NCBI GenBank assembly: GCA_051362555.1
Contig: CM120647.1
Span: 12,190,651 to 12,254,650 of the forward strand
DNA length: 64,000 bases
Reading direction: 5' to 3'
Source of the DNA: Lingula anatina
Taxonomy: Eukaryota; Animalia; Brachiopoda
The notes under the pieces are model-generated. The model saw nothing but the letters and a program-made list of their open reading frames with translations. It had not been told where the DNA came from and made no database searches. Within the stretch, counting starts at the first letter, position 1. Each line of letters starts with the position of its first letter. A program made the position numbers and the translations under genes. Below are positions 62,358-64,000 of the stretch, piece by piece.

Positions 62358-63313
62358 CAGGGCTCGACATTAGCGCCTGTCCGCCTGTCCGGGACAGGTA
62401 AAAATTCAGTTCGGACAGGTGAAGTTGCAGGGTTGGCTGTCCGACGGACAGGTCATGTTTTATGAGAAATTTGGATCAAAAATCTTTAAAAAAATCATTT
62501 TTTGTTGCATACTAACGTCTTTTTGCCTCTTCCTAGACAACATTGAAAAGAGTGACCTACTTTTGGCACAAAACACATGCAGTCGCAAAACGAAGTCTGA
62601 GCAAACTTACCGCCAAATTATGAAAGTGAACACCCTCCAGAACTTCATCGGACAAAATTTATTCACATATCAGGTTCACTACTGAACATTTATTTAGTTA
62701 AAATCTACGTGCTCTAGTAATAAAGACACTTCCAAAAACAGAAACTACACAAGTACTGGGATGAACTGGCTATATCTAGTTCGTTGTCAAGGCAACATAC
62801 TGCCTGTCAATCAAACACGTGGTATGCTATCTACTCACTATAGAAAGTGAAATCTTTGGGACTGAAGATCTTGTTGAAATGTTGTTTATTTGCCAAAATA
62901 TAACCTGAAATTTTGTATGATGCTTTCTTTAATGACTCTAGCATCACCTCTGTTATTTACAGTTTAAAATTTAGTGCTGGAATATGATAAATTAACATTG
63001 CTCTCATATACCAGTGTTATATTGATGTAAGGAAGAAATAAGTAATAACAAATATGAGAATTTAAATAGAAAGAAGGGGAACCTTTTTATGCTGATTTTA
63101 TTTAATTCATATATTTTTTAAAAATCAAACATGTGATAACCCCTTAAGAAGTTAAATTGTTGACATAAATATAAGTAAAGTATTATAAAATGAATATAAA
63201 ATAATGAATAAATAAAATAATATATATAATTTTCATTGAACTTTATTCAAATATTATAAAATTTGAATATTTTTATAAAATTATTTTAACAGTACCACCT
63301 CCCCACTTCCCGC

Positions 63314-63353
<40 letters not shown>

Positions 63354-63744
63354 CTTTGGTTAAACTTCATGTGAATCTGTTATCAAATTGCAGACTTATA
63401 ATTAGTAGACCCTGTACCCCAAATCCTAGAAGAAGCCCTGATGTTAAATATCAGACTTATATGCAAGATTAAATCTTCAGGGGTTCACAAGTATGAAAAA
63501 ACAACTTTTTATCTGAACATAAATTCACTTTAAGGTGCATTTTCGGGGCTCATATGACTGAATGTTTTGGTAATATATACATTAATTTAAATGTATGACT
63601 ACACGTATTAATTGACAAAGTTCAAAGGTATGAATAGAAAAAAATATTGGTTTTGTGGACAGGTTGGATTGAAAATCGGACAGGTCAAATATATGAGCAC
63701 CTGTCCGAAGGACAGGTGCTCACAAAAGTTAGTGTCTAGCCCTG
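62358..63744. mobile_element. 1.39-kb non-autonomous hAT-like DNA transposon with 5-bp TSD GTGTG in CAND1 intron 15
   Basis: TIR CAGGGCTCGACATTA / TAGTGTCTAGCCCTG; subterminal CCTGTCC/GGACAGG repeats; GTGTG on both sides. Confidence 0.82.
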
Positions 63745-64000
63745 GTGTGACCTGTAGTTTATGCTGTAGTGACACTTGATATAGGGGTGGCATTGTCTTG
63801 ATACACCTAGCTTATGCTGCAGTGATTCGTGGTATAGAAATGTCATTATAGCAGTGCCTTGCCCCTTTTACAGGAATGAGAGTTTTCAGACTATCGGCAG
63901 ATTTTAAACTTTAAAAGGAGTCAAAAAAAATCATTTTGAGATCTATGCAGATCTGCAATAGAAAATGGGGGGGGGGTCTGGATTCCATGCCATATTTTCA

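Overview
This is eukaryotic (animal) genomic DNA with spliceosomal introns and microsatellites; the gene content suggests an invertebrate, possibly a mollusc-like lophotrochozoan, but the taxon cannot be fixed from sequence alone. Positions 1-28340 are the right end of a tandem array of about 14 near-identical ~1.4-kb units. Each unit carries two minus-strand Pol III-type (A-box/B-box) elements: a degenerate tRNA-like gene and a ~100-nt panhandle RNA resembling vault RNA. The array is interrupted by an apparently intact 2.8-kb CryptonA tyrosine-recombinase DNA transposon (7527-10347) and a recent 5.7-kb Gmr1-type Gypsy LTR retrotransposon (20264-26004, integrase before RT, one nonsense codon). 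Downstream are a secreted KR-rich precursor gene with a frame-shifted 8-Cys CS-alpha/beta defensin-like tail, four secreted Gly/Tyr-rich protein genes in inverted and tandem duplications, several non-autonomous DNA transposons, and the first 15 coding exons of CAND1. The most striking observation concerns the Crypton ends. They contain strand-specific hairpins with repeated tandem G.A mismatches, plus an internal sequence complementary to the joined-end junction, which suggests a folded single-stranded intermediate.
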